A stretch of 64,000 nucleotides of DNA from the human T2T-CHM13v2.0 reference genome, Homo sapiens. Position 1 is the stretch's first letter; each line of letters starts with the position of its first letter. Below are positions 28,101-42,899 of the stretch, piece by piece. The position numbers were made by a program, and so were the translations under genes. Below the pieces are notes generated by a model, which had not been told where the DNA came from, did no database searches, and was given only the letters and a program-made list of their open reading frames with translations. The DNA is taken from the NCBI RefSeq assembly GCF_009914755.1, contig NC_060934.1; one strand, given 5' to 3'.

Positions 28101-29929
28101 TGGAATGGAATGGAAATGAATGGAATGGAATGGAATGGAATGGAACGGAACTGAATGCAATGAACCCGAGTGGAATAGAATGGAATGGAATGGAATAAAC
28201 ACGAATGGAATGGAATGGAATGGAATGGAATGGAATGGAATCAACTCGAGTGGAATGAAATGTAACGTCATGGAATGGAATGGATTGGAATGGAATGGAA
28301 TGGAATGGAATGGAATGGAATGGAATCAACCCGACTGGAATGGAATGGAATGCAATCATCCCTAGTGGAATGGAATGGAATGGAATGGAATACAATGGAA
28401 TGGAATGGAATGGAAGGCATTGGAATCAACTGCAATGGAATGGAAATAATGAAATGAAATGGAATGGAATGGAATGGAATGGAATGGAATGGAATGGAAT
28501 CAACTCCAGTGGAATGGAGTGGAATGGAATGGATTATAATGGAATGGAAAGGAATCAATCTGGGTGGAATGGTATGGAATGGAATGGAGTGAAATGGAAT
28601 GGAATGGAATGGAACGGAATGGAATGGAATCAACCCGAATGGAATGAAATGGAAAGGAATGGAAAGGAATGGAAAGGAATGGAAAGGAATGGAATGGAAT
28701 GGAATCAACCGAATGGACTGGAATGGAATGGAATGGAATGGAATCAACTCAACTCGAATGGAAAAGAATGGAATGGAACGGAAAGTAATGGAATGGAATG
28801 GAATGGAATCAACCCACGTGGAATGGAATGGAATGGAATGCAATGGAATCAACCCAAGTGAATGGAATGGAAATGAATGGAATGGAAGGGAAAGGAATGG
28901 AATGGAATCAACCCGAGTGGAATGGAATGGAATGAAATGGAGTGGAATGGAAAGGAATTGAGTGGAATGGAATGTAATGGAATCAACCCGAGTGGAATGG
29001 AATGGAATGGAATGGAAAGGAATGGAATAAATACGAGTGGAATGGAATGGAATGGAATGGAATGGAATGGAATAGAATGGAATGGAATCAACCCGAGTGG
29101 AAAGGAATGGAATGGAAAGGAATGGAATGGAATGGAAAGGAATGGAATGCAATGGAATGCACGGGTATGGAATGGAGTCAATCCGAGTGGAATGGAATGG
29201 AATGGAATTGAATGCAATGGAATGGAATGGAATGCAATGGAATGGAGTGGAATGGAATAAACACCAGTGGAATGGAATGGAATGGAATGGAATGGAAAGG
29301 ACAGGAATGGAATGGAAAGGAATGGAATGGAATGGAATGGAATGGACTAGAGTGGAATGGAATTAAATGAAATCAACCCGATTGGAATGGAAAGGAATGG
29401 AATCAACTGGAAAGGAATCAAATGGAATGGAATGGAATGGAAGAGAATGGAATGGAATCAACACGACTGGAATGCAATGGAATGGAATGGAATGGAATGG
29501 AATGGAATGGAATGGAATGGAAGGGAATGGAATGCAATGGAAAGGAATGGAATGAACTGGAATGGAATGGAATGGAATTTAATGGAATGGAATGGAATCG
29601 AATCAACGCGAGTGGAGTCGAATGGAATTGAAAGAAAATTAATAGAATGGAATGGAATGGAATGGAATGCAATGCAATGGAATGGAATAGAATGAACCCG
29701 AGTGGAATGGAATGGAAAGGCACGGAATGGAATGCAACGGAATGCAATGGAATCAACCTGAGTGGAATGGAATGGAATGGAATCATCCCGAGTGGAATGG
29801 AATGGAATGAAATGGAGTGGAATGGAAAGGAATTGAGTGGAATGGAATGTAATGTAATCAACCCGAGTGGAATGGAATGGAATGGAATGGAATGGAATGG
29901 AATGGAATGGAAAGGAATGGAATAAATAC

Positions 29930-32900
29930 GAGTGGAATGGAATGGAATGCAATGGAATGGAATAGAATGGAATGGAATCAACCCGAGTGGAAAGGAATGG
30001 AATGGAAAGGAATGGAATGGAATGGAAAGGAATGGAATGCAATGGAATGCACGGGTATGGAATGGAGTCAATCCGAGTGGAATGGAATGGAATGGAATTG
30101 AATGCAATGGAATGGAATGGAATGCAATGGAATGGAGTGGAATGGAATAAACACCAGTGGAATGGAATGGAATGGAATGGAATGGAATGGAATGGAAAGG
30201 ACAGGAATGGAATGGAAAGGAATGGAATGGAATGGAATGGAATGGAATTTAATGGAATGGAATGGAATGGAATCAACGCGAGTGGAGTCGAATGGAATTG
30301 AAAGAAAATTAATAGAATGGAATGGAATGGAATGGAATGGAATGCAATGGAATGGAATAGAATGAACCCGAGTGGAATGGAATGGAATGGAAAGGCACAG
30401 AATGGAATGGAACGGAATGCAATGGAATCAACCTGAGTGGAATGGAATGGAATGGAATCAACCCGAGTGTAATTGAATGGAGTGGAATGCAATGGAATGG
30501 AATGGAGTGGAAGGCATTAGAATCAACTGCAGTGGAATGGAATGGAATGGAATGGAATGGCATGGAATGCAATCAACCCCAGTGGAATGGAATGCATGAC
30601 AATAAAATGGAAAGGAAACAATCAGGGTGGAATGGAATGGAATGGAATGGATTATAATGGAATGGAATGGAATCAATCCCGGTGGAATGGAATAGGATGG
30701 AATGGAATGGAATGGAATGGAATGGAATGGAATGGAATGGAATCAACCCGAATGGAACGGAAGGGAATGGAGTGGAAAAGAATCGAAAGGAGTGGAATGC
30801 AAAGGAATCAACACGAATGGACAGGAATGGAATGTCATGGAATGGAATGGAATGGAATGGAATGGAATGGCATGGAAAGGAATGGAATGGAATGGAATGG
30901 AATGCTACAGAATCAACCTGAGTGGAATGGAAATAAATGGACTGGAATGGTATGGAATGGAATGGATTAGAATGGAATCAACCACAGTGGAATGGAATGG
31001 AATGGAATGGAATCAACCTGAGTGGAATGTAAATAAATGGACTGGAACGGTATGGAATGGAATGGAATAGAATGGAATCAACCACAGTGGAATGGAATGG
31101 AATGGAATGGAATCAACCAAAGTGGAATGGAATTGAACGGAATGCAAAGGAATCAAACCGAGTGGAATGGAATGGAATCAACCAAAGTGTAATGGAATAG
31201 AATGGATGCAACGGAATCAAACCAGTGGAATGGAATGGAAAGGAATGGAATGGAATGGCATGGAATGGAAAGGAATGGAATGGAATCAACCTGACTGGCA
31301 TGGAATGGAATGGAAAGGAATGGAATGGAATCAAAACGAGTGGAGTGGAATAAAATGGAATGGAATGGAATGGACTCAACCCGAGTGGAACGGAATGGAA
31401 TGGGATGGAATGGAATTGAATGGAATGGAATGGAATGGAATTAACCTGAGTGGAATGAATGGAAAGGAATGGAATGGAATCGAATGGAATGGAATGGAAT
31501 GGAGCGAAATGGAATTGAATGGAATCAACAAGATTGGAATGGAATGAATGGAATGGAATGGAATGGAATAGAAAGTAATGGAACGGAATGGAATGGAATC
31601 AACCCGAATGGAAGGGAATGGAATTGAATGGAATGGAATGGATTGGAATCCACCCATGTGGAATGGAATGGAATGGAATGGAATGGAATGGAATGGAATG
31701 GAGTAGAATGTAAAGGAATGGAATGGAAAGGAATGGAATGGAATGGAATGGAATGGAATGCAATTTAATTAAATGGAATGGAATCAACCAGAGTGGAATG
31801 GACTGGAATGGATTGGAATGGAAAGGAATGGAGTGGAATCAACCCGAGTGAAATGGAATGGAATGGGATGGAATGGAATGGAATGGAAAGGACGGGAATC
31901 AACCCGAGTGGAATGGAATGGAATGGAATAGATTCAACACGAGTGGAATGGAATGGAATGGAATGCAATGGAATGGAATGGAATGGAATCAACCCAAGCG
32001 GAATGGACTGGAATGGAATGGAATACAATGGAATGGAATGGAATGGAATGGAATCAGCTGCAGTGGAATGGAATGGAATGGGATGGAATGGAATGGACAG
32101 GAATAGAATGGAATGGAATATAACGGAGTGGAATCAACACGAGTGGAATGGAATGGAATCAAATTGAATGGAATGGAAGGAAAGGAATGCAATGGAATGG
32201 AATCAACCTCAGTGGAACAGAAAGGAATGTAATGAAATGGAATGGAATAGAATGGAATGGAATGCAATGGAATGGAATGGAATGGAGTGGAATGGAATGG
32301 GTTGGAATGGGATGGAATCAACCCGAGTGGAACGGACTGGAATGGAGTGGAATGGAATGGAACGGCATGGAATGATATGGAATCAAATAGAATGGAATGG
32401 AATGGGATGGATTGGAATGGAATCGAACGGAATCAACCTGAGTGGAATGGAATGGAATGGAAAGGAATGGAATGAATGGAAAGGAATGGAATGGAAACTA
32501 ATGGAATGGAATGGAAAGGAAACAACCCGAGTGGAACGGAATGCAATGGAATGCAATGGAATGGAATTGAATTCAATGTAATGGAAACAAACCGAGTGGA
32601 ATGTAATGTAATGGAAAGGACTGGAATGTAATGGACTGGATTGGAATCAACCCGATTGCAATGCAATGGAATGGAATGGAATGGAATGGAATGGAATGGA
32701 ATGGAATGGAATGGATTGGAATGGAATGGAATGGAACGGAATGGAATGGAATGGAAGGGAATGGAATGGAATGGAAAGGAATGGAATGAACGGGAATGGA
32801 ATGGAATGCAATTTAATGGAATGGAATGGAATGGAATCAACCCGAGTGGAGTGGAATGGAATGGAATGGAAATGAATGGAATGGAATGGAATGGAATGGA

Positions 32901-35900
32901 AACTAATGGAATGAAATGCAAACAACCCGAGTGGAATGGAATGCAATGGAATGGAATGGAATGGAATGGAATTCAACGGAATGGAAACACCCCGAGTGAA
33001 ATGGCATGGAATGGAAAGGACTTGAATGTAATGGAATGGATTGGAATCAACCCGATTAGAAAGCAATGGAATGGAATGGAATGGAAAGGAATGGAAGGGA
33101 ATGGAATGGAATGGAAAGGAAAGGAATGGAATGGATGGGATTGGAATGGAATGGAATGGATTAGAATGGAATGGAATGGAATGAAATCAACCCGATTGGA
33201 ATGGAATGGAATGCAATGTAATGGAATGGAATCAACTGGAAAGGATTGAAATGGAATGGAATGGAATGGAACAGAATCAACCCGAGTGGAATGCAATGGA
33301 ATGGAATGGAATGGAATGGAATGAAATGAAATAAACCCGGGTGGAATGGATTGGAATGGAGTGGAATGGAATGGAATGGCATGGAATGCAACGGAATCAA
33401 CTGGAATGGTGTGGAATGGAATGGAATGGAATGGAATGGAATCAAACGGAATCAACCTGAGTGGAATGGAAAGGAATGCAATGGAATGAATGGAATGGAA
33501 ACTAATGGAATGGAATGGAAAGGAAACAACCCGAGTGGAATAGAAAGCAATGGAATGCAATGGAATGGAATGGAATGGAATGGAATGGAATGGAATTTGA
33601 TATAATGGAAAAAAAACCGACTGGAATGCAATGGAATGGAAAGGACTGCAATGTAATGGAATGGATCGGAATCAACCCGATTCCAATGCAACGGAATTGA
33701 ATGGAATGGAAACGAATGCAATGAACTGGAATGGAACGGAATGGAATGGAAATAAATGGAATGGAATGGAATGGAATGGAATGGAACGGAATGCAATGGA
33801 ATGGAACAGAACGGAATGAACCCGAGTGGAATGGAATGGAATGGAATGGAATGGAAAGGAACGGAATAGAATGGAATGGAATGGAATGGAATGAACACGA
33901 GTGGAATGGAAAGGAATGGAATGGATTGGAATGGAATGGAATGGAATCAACCCGAGTGGAATAGAATGGAATGGAATGGAGTGGAATGGAATGGAATGGG
34001 ACGGAATGGAATGGAATGGCATGGAATAGAATGGAACGGAACAGAAAGGAACGGAATGGAATGGAATGGAATGGTATCAACCTGAATGAAATGGAATGAA
34101 ATGGAATGGAATCAACCAGAGTGGAATGCAACGGAATAGAATGGAATGGAATGGAATGGAGTGGAATGGAATGGAATGAAATCAACCCGAGTGGAATGGA
34201 TAGGAATAGAGAGGAATTGAATGGAACGGCATGGAATGCAATGGAATCAACTAGAATGGAATTTAATATAATGGAATGGAATGGAATGGAATAGAATCAA
34301 CCCGAGTGAAATGGAATGGAAGGGAATGGAATGGAAAGGAATGGAAAGCAATGGATTGGAATCAAACAAATGGAATGGAATGGAATGGAATGGAATGGAA
34401 TGGAATGGAAGAGAATGGATTCAATTCGAGTGCAATGTAATGGTATAGAAAGAAATGGAATGGAATGGAATGGAATCAACCAGAGTGCAATGGAATGGAA
34501 AGAAATTGAAATGAATCGAATGGAATGGAATGGAATGGAATGGAACGGCATGGAATGGAATGGAATGGAGTGGAATCAACCCGAGTGGAATGGAATGGAA
34601 TGGAATCTAATGGCATGGAATGGAATGGAATGGACTGAAATCAACCCGAGTGGAATGGAATGGAATGGAATGGACTGGAAACTAATGGAATGGAATGGAA
34701 AGGAAACAACCCGAGTGGAACGGAATGCAATGGAATGCAATGGAATGGAATTGAATTCAATGTAATGGAAACAAACCGAGTGGAATGTAATGTAATGGAA
34801 AGGACTGGAATGTAATGGACTGGATTGGAATCAACCCGATTGCAATGCAATGGAACGGAATGGAATGGAATGGAATGGAACGGATTGGAATGGAATGGAA
34901 TGGAACGGAATGGAATGGAATGGAATGGAAAGGAATGGAATGAACTGGAATGGAATGGAATGCAATTTAATGGAATGGAATGGAATGGAATCAACCTGAG
35001 TGGAGTGGAATGGAATGGAATGGAAATGAATGGAATGGAATGGAATGGAATGGAAACTAATGGAATGGAATGCAAACAACGCGAGTGGAATGGAATGCAA
35101 TGGAATGGAATGGAATGGAATGGAATGGAATGGAATGGAATGGAATGGAATTCAACAGAATGGAAACACCCCGAGTGAAATGGCATGGAATGGAAAGGAC
35201 TTGAATGTAATGGAATGGATTGGAATCAACCCGATTAGAAAGCAATGGAATGGAATGGAATGGAATGGAATGGAATGGAAGGGAATGGAATGGAATGGAA
35301 TGGAATGGAATGGAATGGAATGGAATGGAATGGAAGGGAATGGAATGGAATGGAATGGAATGGAATGGAAAGGAATGGAATGGAATGGAAGGGATTGGAA
35401 TGGAATGGAATGGATTAGAATGGAATGGAATGGAATGAAATCAACCCGATTGGAATGGAATGGAATGCAATGTAATGGAATGGAATCAACTGGAAAGGAT
35501 TAAAATGGAATGGAATGGAATGGAACGGAATCAACCCGAGTGGAATGCAATGGAATGGAATGGAATGGAATGAAATGAAATCAACCCGGGTGGAATGGAT
35601 TGGAATGGAGTGGAATGGAATGGAATGGCATGGAATGCAACGGAATCAACTGCAATGGTATGGAATGGAATGGAATGGAATGGAATCAAACGGAATCAAC
35701 CAGAGAGGAATGGAAAGGAATGGAATGGAATGAATGGAATGGAAACAAATGGAATGGAATGGAAAGGAAACAACCCGAGTGGAAGAGAAAGCAATGGAAT
35801 GCAATGGAATGGAATGCAATGGAATGGAATTTGATATAATGGAAAAAAAAAACGACTGGAATGCAATGGAATGGAAAGGACTGCAATGTAATGGAATGGA

Positions 35901-38900
35901 TCAGAATCAACCCGATTCCAATGCAACGGAATTGAATGGAATGGAAAAGAATGGAATGAACTGGAATGGAACGGAATGGAATGGAAATGAATGGAATGGA
36001 ATGGAATGGAATGGAACGGAATGCAATGGAATGGAACAGAATGGAATGAACCCGAGTGGAATGGAATGGAATGGAATGGAATGGAATGGAATGGAATGGA
36101 ATGGAAAGGAACGGAATAGAATGGAATGGAATGGAATGGAATGAACACGAGTGGAATGGAAAGGAATGGAATGGATTGGAATGGAATGTAATGGAATCAA
36201 CCCGAGTGGAATAGAATGGAATGGAATGGAGTGGAATGGAATGGAGTGGGACGGAATGGAATGGAATGGCATGGAATAGAATGGAAAAGAACGGAAAGGA
36301 ACGGAATGGAATGGAATGGAATGGTATCAACCTGAATGAAATGGAATGAAATGGAATGGAATCAACCAGAGTGGAATGCAATGGAATGGAATGGAATGGA
36401 ATGGAATGGAATGAAATCAACCCGAGTGGAATGGATAGGAATAGAGAGGAATTGAATGGAACAGCATGGAATGCAATGGAATCAACTAGAATGGAATGTA
36501 ATATAATGGAATGGAATGGAATGGAATAGAATCAACCCGAGTGAAATGGAATGGAAGGGAATGGAATGGAAAGGAATGGAAAGCAATGGATTGGAATCAA
36601 ACAAATGGAATGGAATGGAATGGAATGGAAAGGAAGAGAATTTAATCAATTCGAGTGCAATGTAATGGTATAGAATGAAATGGAACGGAATGGAATGGAA
36701 TCAACCAGAGTGCAATGGAATGGAAAGAAATTGAAATGAATGGAATGGAATGGAATGGAATGGAATGGAATAGAACGGCATGGAATGGAATGGAGTGGAG
36801 TGGAATCAACCCGAGTGGAATGGAATGGAATGGAATCTAAAGGCATGGAATGGAATGGAATGGACTGAAATCAACCCGAGTGGAATGGAATGGAATGGAA
36901 TGGACTGGAATGCAATGGAATGGAATGGAATCAACCCGAGTGGAATGAAATGGAATAGAATGGAGTGGAAAGGAATACAATGGAATGGAATGGAATGGAA
37001 TGGAATGGAATGGAATCAACACGAGTGGAATGGAATGGAATGGAATGGACTGGAATAAACACGAGTGGAATGGAATGGAATGGAATGGAATAGAATGGAA
37101 TGGAATCAACTCGAGTGGAAAAGAATGGAATGGAAAGCAATGGAATGGAATGGAAAGTAATGGAATGCACTGGAATGCAAAGGTATGGAATTGAGTCAAC
37201 CAGAGTGGAGTGGAAAAGAATGAAATGGAATGGAATGGAATGCAATGGAATGGAGTGGAATGGAATAAACACCAGTGGAATGGAATGGAATGGAATGGAA
37301 TGGAATGGAATGGCATGGAATGGAATGGAATGGACAGGATTGGAATGGAATGGAACGGAATGCTATGGAATGGAATGGAATCAACTGGAAAGGAATGAAA
37401 TGGAATGGAATGGAATGGAATGGAATGGAATCAACACGAGTGGAATGCAATGGAATGGAATGGAATGGAATAAATTCAACCCGAGTGGAATGCATAGGAA
37501 TAGAGTGGAATGGAAAGGAAAGGCATGGAATGCAATGGAATCAACACGAATGGAATGGAATGGAATGGAATGGAATGGAATGGAATGGAATGGAATGGAA
37601 TCAACACGAGTGGAATGCAATGGAATGGAATGGAATGGAATGGAATGGAATGGAATGGAATAAACACGAATGGAATGGAAGGGAATGGAATGCAATGGAA
37701 AGGAATGGAATGACCTGGAGTGGAATGGAATGGAATGGAATTTAATGGAATGGAATGGAATGGAATCAACCTGAGTGGAGTGGAATGGAATGGAATGGAA
37801 ATGCATGGAATGGAATGGAATGGAATGGAACGGAACAGAATGCAATGAACCCGAGTGAAATGGAATGGAATGGAATGGTATGGAATCATCCCGAGTGGAA
37901 TGGAATGGAATAGAATGGAATAAACACGAGTGGAATGGAATGGAATGGAATGGAATGAAATGGAATGGAAAGGAATGGACTAGAATGGAATGGAAATGAA
38001 AGGAATTTAATGCAATGGTATGGAATGGAGTCAACCCGAGTGGAATGGAATGGAATGGAATGGAATGGAATGAAATGGAATGGAATGGAATGCAATGGAA
38101 TGGAGTGGAATGGAATAAACACCAGTGGACTGGAATGGAACGGAATGGAATGGACAAGAATGGAATGGAATGGAAAGGACTAGAATGGCATGGAATGGAA
38201 TGAAATCAACCCGATTGGAATGGAATGGAATGCAATGGAATGGAATGGAATAGAATCAACTCGAGTGGAAAGGAATGGAATGGAAAGGAATGGAATGGAA
38301 AGGAAAGGAATGGAATGCAATGGAATGCAATGGTATGGAATGGAGTCAACCCGAGTGGAATGGAATGGAATGTAATGGAATGAAATGGAATGGAATGGAA
38401 TGTAATGGAATGGAGTGGAATGGAATAAACACCAGTGGAATGGAATGCAATGGAATGGAGTGGAATGGAAAGAAATGGAATGGAATGGAATGGAATGGAA
38501 TGGACAGGAAAGGAAAGGAATGGAATGGAATGGAATGGAATGGAATGGACTAGAATGGAATGGAATGGAATTAAATCAACCCTATTAGAATGGAATGGAA
38601 TGCAATGGTATGGAATGGAATCAACTGGAAAGGAACAAAATGGAATGGAATGGAATGGAATGGAATGGAATGGAATGGAATGGAATCCACCCGAGTCGAA
38701 TGCAATGGAATGGAATGGAATAAACCGGGGTGGAATGGATTGGATTGGAGTAGAAAGGAATGGAACGGCATGTAGTGCAATGGAATCAACTATAATGGAA
38801 TGGAATGGAATCGAACGGAATCAACCTGAGTGGAATGGAATGGAATGGAATGGAATGAATGGAATGGAATGGAACGGATACTAATGGAATGGAATGGAAA

Positions 38901-41730
38901 GGAAACAACCCGAGTGGAATGGAATGCAATGGAATGCAATGGAATGGAATAGAAGGGAATGGAATGGAATGGAATGGAATGGAATGGAATGGAATGGAAT
39001 TCAATGTAATGGAAACAAACCGAGTGGAATGTAATGGAATGGAAAGGAATGGAATGTAATGGAATGGATTGGAATCAACCCGATTCCAATGCAATGCAAT
39101 GGAATGGAATGGAATGGATGTTCATGGAATGGAATGGAATGGAATGGAATGGAATGGAATGGAATGGAATCAACCCGAGTGGAGTGGAATGGAATGGAAT
39201 GGAAATGAATGGAATGGAATGGAATGGAATGGAATGGAATGGAATGGAACGGAACGGAACGGAAAGAACCCGAGTGGAATGGAATGGAATGGAATGGAAT
39301 GGAACGGAATGGAATGTACCCAATTGGAATTGGAATGGAATGGAATGGAATGGAATGGAATGGAATGCCATGTAATAAACACGATTGGAATGGAATGGAA
39401 TGGAATGGAAAGGAATGGAATAGAATGTAATGGAATCAACTCGAGTGGAAAGGAATGGAATGGAAAGGAATGAAATGGAAAGGAAAGAATGGAATGCAAT
39501 AGAATGCAATAGTATGGAATGGAGTCAACCCGAGTGGAATGGAATGGAATGGAATGGAATGGAATGAAATGGAATGGCATGGAATGCAATGGAATGGAGT
39601 GGAATGGAATAAACAGCAGTGGAATAGAATGGAATGGAAGGGAATGGAATGGACAGGAATGGAATGGAATGGAATGGAATGGAATGGAATGGACTAGAAT
39701 GGAACGGAATGGAATGAAATCAACCAGATTGGAATGGAATGGAATACAATAGAATGGAATGGAATCAATTCAAAGGAATGAAATGAATGGAATGGAATAG
39801 AATGGAATGGATTGGAATGGAATAGAATGGAATGGAATCAACCCGAGTAGAATGCGATGGAATGCAAAAGAATGGAATCAACCCGAGTGAAATGGAATGG
39901 AATGGAATGGAAATGAATGGAATGGAATGGAATGGAATGGAACGGAACTGAATGCAATGAACCCGAGTGGAATAGAATGGAATGGAATGGAATAAACACG
40001 AATGGAATGGAATGGAATGGAATGGAATGGAATGGAATCAACTCGAGTGGAATGAAATGTAACGTCATGGAATGGAATGGATTGGAATGGAATGGAATGG
40101 AATGGAATGGAATGGAATCAACCCGACTGGAATGGAATGGAATGCAATCATCCCTAGTGGAATGGAATGGAATGGAATGGAATACAATGGAATGGAATGG
40201 AATGGAAGGCATTGGAATCAACTGCAATGGAATGGAAATAATGAAATGAAATGGAATGGAATGGAATGGAATGGAATGGAATGGAATGGAATCAACTCCA
40301 GTGGAATGGAGTGGAATGGAATGGATTATAATGGAATGGAAAGGAATCAATCTGGGTGGAATGGTATGGAATGGAATGGAGTGAAATGGAATGGAATGGA
40401 ATGGAACGGAATGGAATGGAATCAACCCGAATGGAATGAAATGGAAAGGAATGGAAAGGAATGGAAAGGAATGGAATGGAATGGAATCAACCCGAATGGA
40501 CTGGAATGGAATGGAATGGAATGGAATCAACTCAACTCGAATGGAAAAGAATGGAATGGAACGGAAAGTAATGGAATGGAATGGAATGGAATCAACCCAC
40601 GTGGAATGGAATGGAATGGAATGCAATGGAATCAACCCAAGTGAATGGAATGGAAATGAATGGAATGGAAGGGAAAGGAATGGAATGGAATCAACCCGAG
40701 TGGAATGGAATGGAATGAAATGGAGTGGAATGGAAAGGAATTGAGTGGAATGGAATGTAATGGAATCAACCCGAGTGGAATGGAATGGAATGGAATGGAA
40801 AGGAATGGAATAAATACGAGTGGAATGGAATGGAATGGAATGGAATGGAATAGAATGGAATGGAATCAACCCGAGTGGAAAGGAATGGAATGGAAAGGAA
40901 TGGAATGGAATGGAAAGGAATGGAATGCAATGGAATGCACGGGTATGGAATGGAGTCAATCCGAGTGGAATGGAATGGAATGGAATTGAATGCAATGGAA
41001 TGGAATGGAATGCAATGGAATGGAGTGGAATGGAATAAACACCAGTGGAATGGAATGGAATGGAATGGAATGGAATGGAAAGGACAGGAATGGAATGGAA
41101 AGGAATGGAATGGAATGGAATGGAATGGAATGGAATGGACTAGAGTGGAATGGAATTAAATGAAATCAACCCGATTGGAATGGAAAGGAATGGAATCAAC
41201 TGGAAAGGAATCAAATGGAATGGAATGGAATGGAAGGGAATGGAATGGAATCAACACGACTGGAATGCAATGGAATGGAATGGAATGGAATGGAATGGAA
41301 TGGAATGGAATGGAATGGAATGGAAGGGAATGGAATGCAATGGAAAGGAATGGAATGAACTGGAATGGAATGGAATGGAATTTAATGGAATGGAATGGAA
41401 TCGAATCAACGCGAGTGGAGTCGAATGGAATTGAAAGAAAATTAATAGAATGGAATGGAATGGAATGGAATGCAATGCAATGGAATGGAATAGAATGAAC
41501 CCGAGTGGAATGGAATGGAAAGGCACGGAATGGAATGCAACGGAATGCAATGGAATCAACCTGAGTGGAATGGAATGGAATGGAATCATCCCGAGTGGAA
41601 TGGAATGGAATGAAATGGAGTGGAATGGAAAGGAATTGAGTGGAATGGAATGTAATGTAATCAACCCGAGTGGAATGGAATGGAATAGAATGGAAAGGAA
41701 TGGAATAAATACGAGTGGAATGGAATGGAA
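29930..41730 (+). repeat. Young ~11.8 kb tandem duplication, copy 2
   Basis: Collinear and near-identical to 18130-29930. The differences I saw are mostly GGAAT-run lengths plus a handful of substitutions. Confidence 0.93.
32491..36905 (+). repeat. Second instance of the 2.2 kb tandem duplication (32491-34677 / 34678-36905)
   Basis: Same landmark pairs and same junction GGACTGGAAACTAATGG (~34672) as in copy 1 of the 11.8 kb unit. Confidence 0.9.
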
Positions 41731-42899
41731 TGGAATGGAATGGAATGGAATAGAATGGAATGGAATCAACCCGAGTGGAAAGGAACGGAATGGAAAGGAA
41801 TGGAATGGAATAGAAAGGAATAGAATGCAATGGAATGCACGGGTATGGAATGGAGTCAATCTGAGTGGAATGGAATGGAATGGAATTGAATGCAATGGAA
41901 TGGAATGGAATGCAATGGAATGGAGTGGAATGGAATAAACACCAGTGGAATGGAATGGAATGGAATGGAATGGAATGGAATGGAATGGACAGGAATGGAA
42001 TGGAAAGGAATGGAATGGAATGGAATGGAATGGAAAGGAATTTAATGGAATGGAATGGAATGGAATCAACGCGAGTGGAGTCGAATGGAATTGAAAGAAA
42101 ATTAATAGAATGGAATGCAATGGAATGGAATGGAATGGAATGCAATGGAATGGAATAGAATGAACCCGAGTGGAATGGAATGGAATGGAAAGGCACGGAA
42201 TGGAATGGAACGGAATGCAATGGAATCAACCTGAGTGGAATGGAATGGAATGGAATCAACCCGAGTGTAATTGAATGGAGTGGAATGCAATGGAATGGAA
42301 TGGAGTGGAAGGCATTAGAATCAACTGCAATGGAATGGAATGGAATGGAATGGAATGGCATGGAATGCAATCAACCCCAGTGGAATGGAATGCATTACAA
42401 TGGAATGGAAAGGAAACAATCAGGGTGGAATGGAATGGAATGGAATGGATTATAATGGAATGGAATGGAATCAATCCCGGTGGAATGGAATAGAATGGAA
42501 TGGAATGGAATGGAATCAACCCGAATGGAACGGAAGGGAATGGAGTGGAAAAGAATCGAAAGGAATGGAATGCAAAGGAATCAACCGAATGGACAGGAAT
42601 GGAATGTCATGGAATAGAATGGAATGGAATGGAATGGCATGGAAAGGAATGGAATGGAATGGAATGGAATGGAATGGAATGCTACGGAATCAACCAGAGT
42701 GGAATAGAAATAAATGGACTGGAATGGTATGGAATGGAATGGATTAGAATGGAATCAACCACAGTGGAATGGAATGGAATGGAATGGAATCAACATGACT
42801 GGCATGGAATGGAATGGAAAGGAATGGAATGGAATGGAATGGAATGGTATGGAATTAGCCCGAGTGGAAAGGAATGGAATGGAATGGAATGGAATGAAA

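Larger units (their letters stand above)
18130..29930 (+). repeat. Young ~11.8 kb tandem duplication, copy 1
   Basis: Rare landmarks recur at ~11.8 kb offset: GCATGACAATAAAA ~18787/~30595, TTAATTAA 19968/31765, CAGCTG 20258/32055, GGATGTTCATGG ~27315/~39116. The ORF track gives identical translations at offsets of 11772-11807 (18735..19163 = 30542..30970; 20371..20784 = 32168..32581; 22864..23409 = 34641..35186; 27722..27955 = 39519..39752). Confidence 0.93.
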
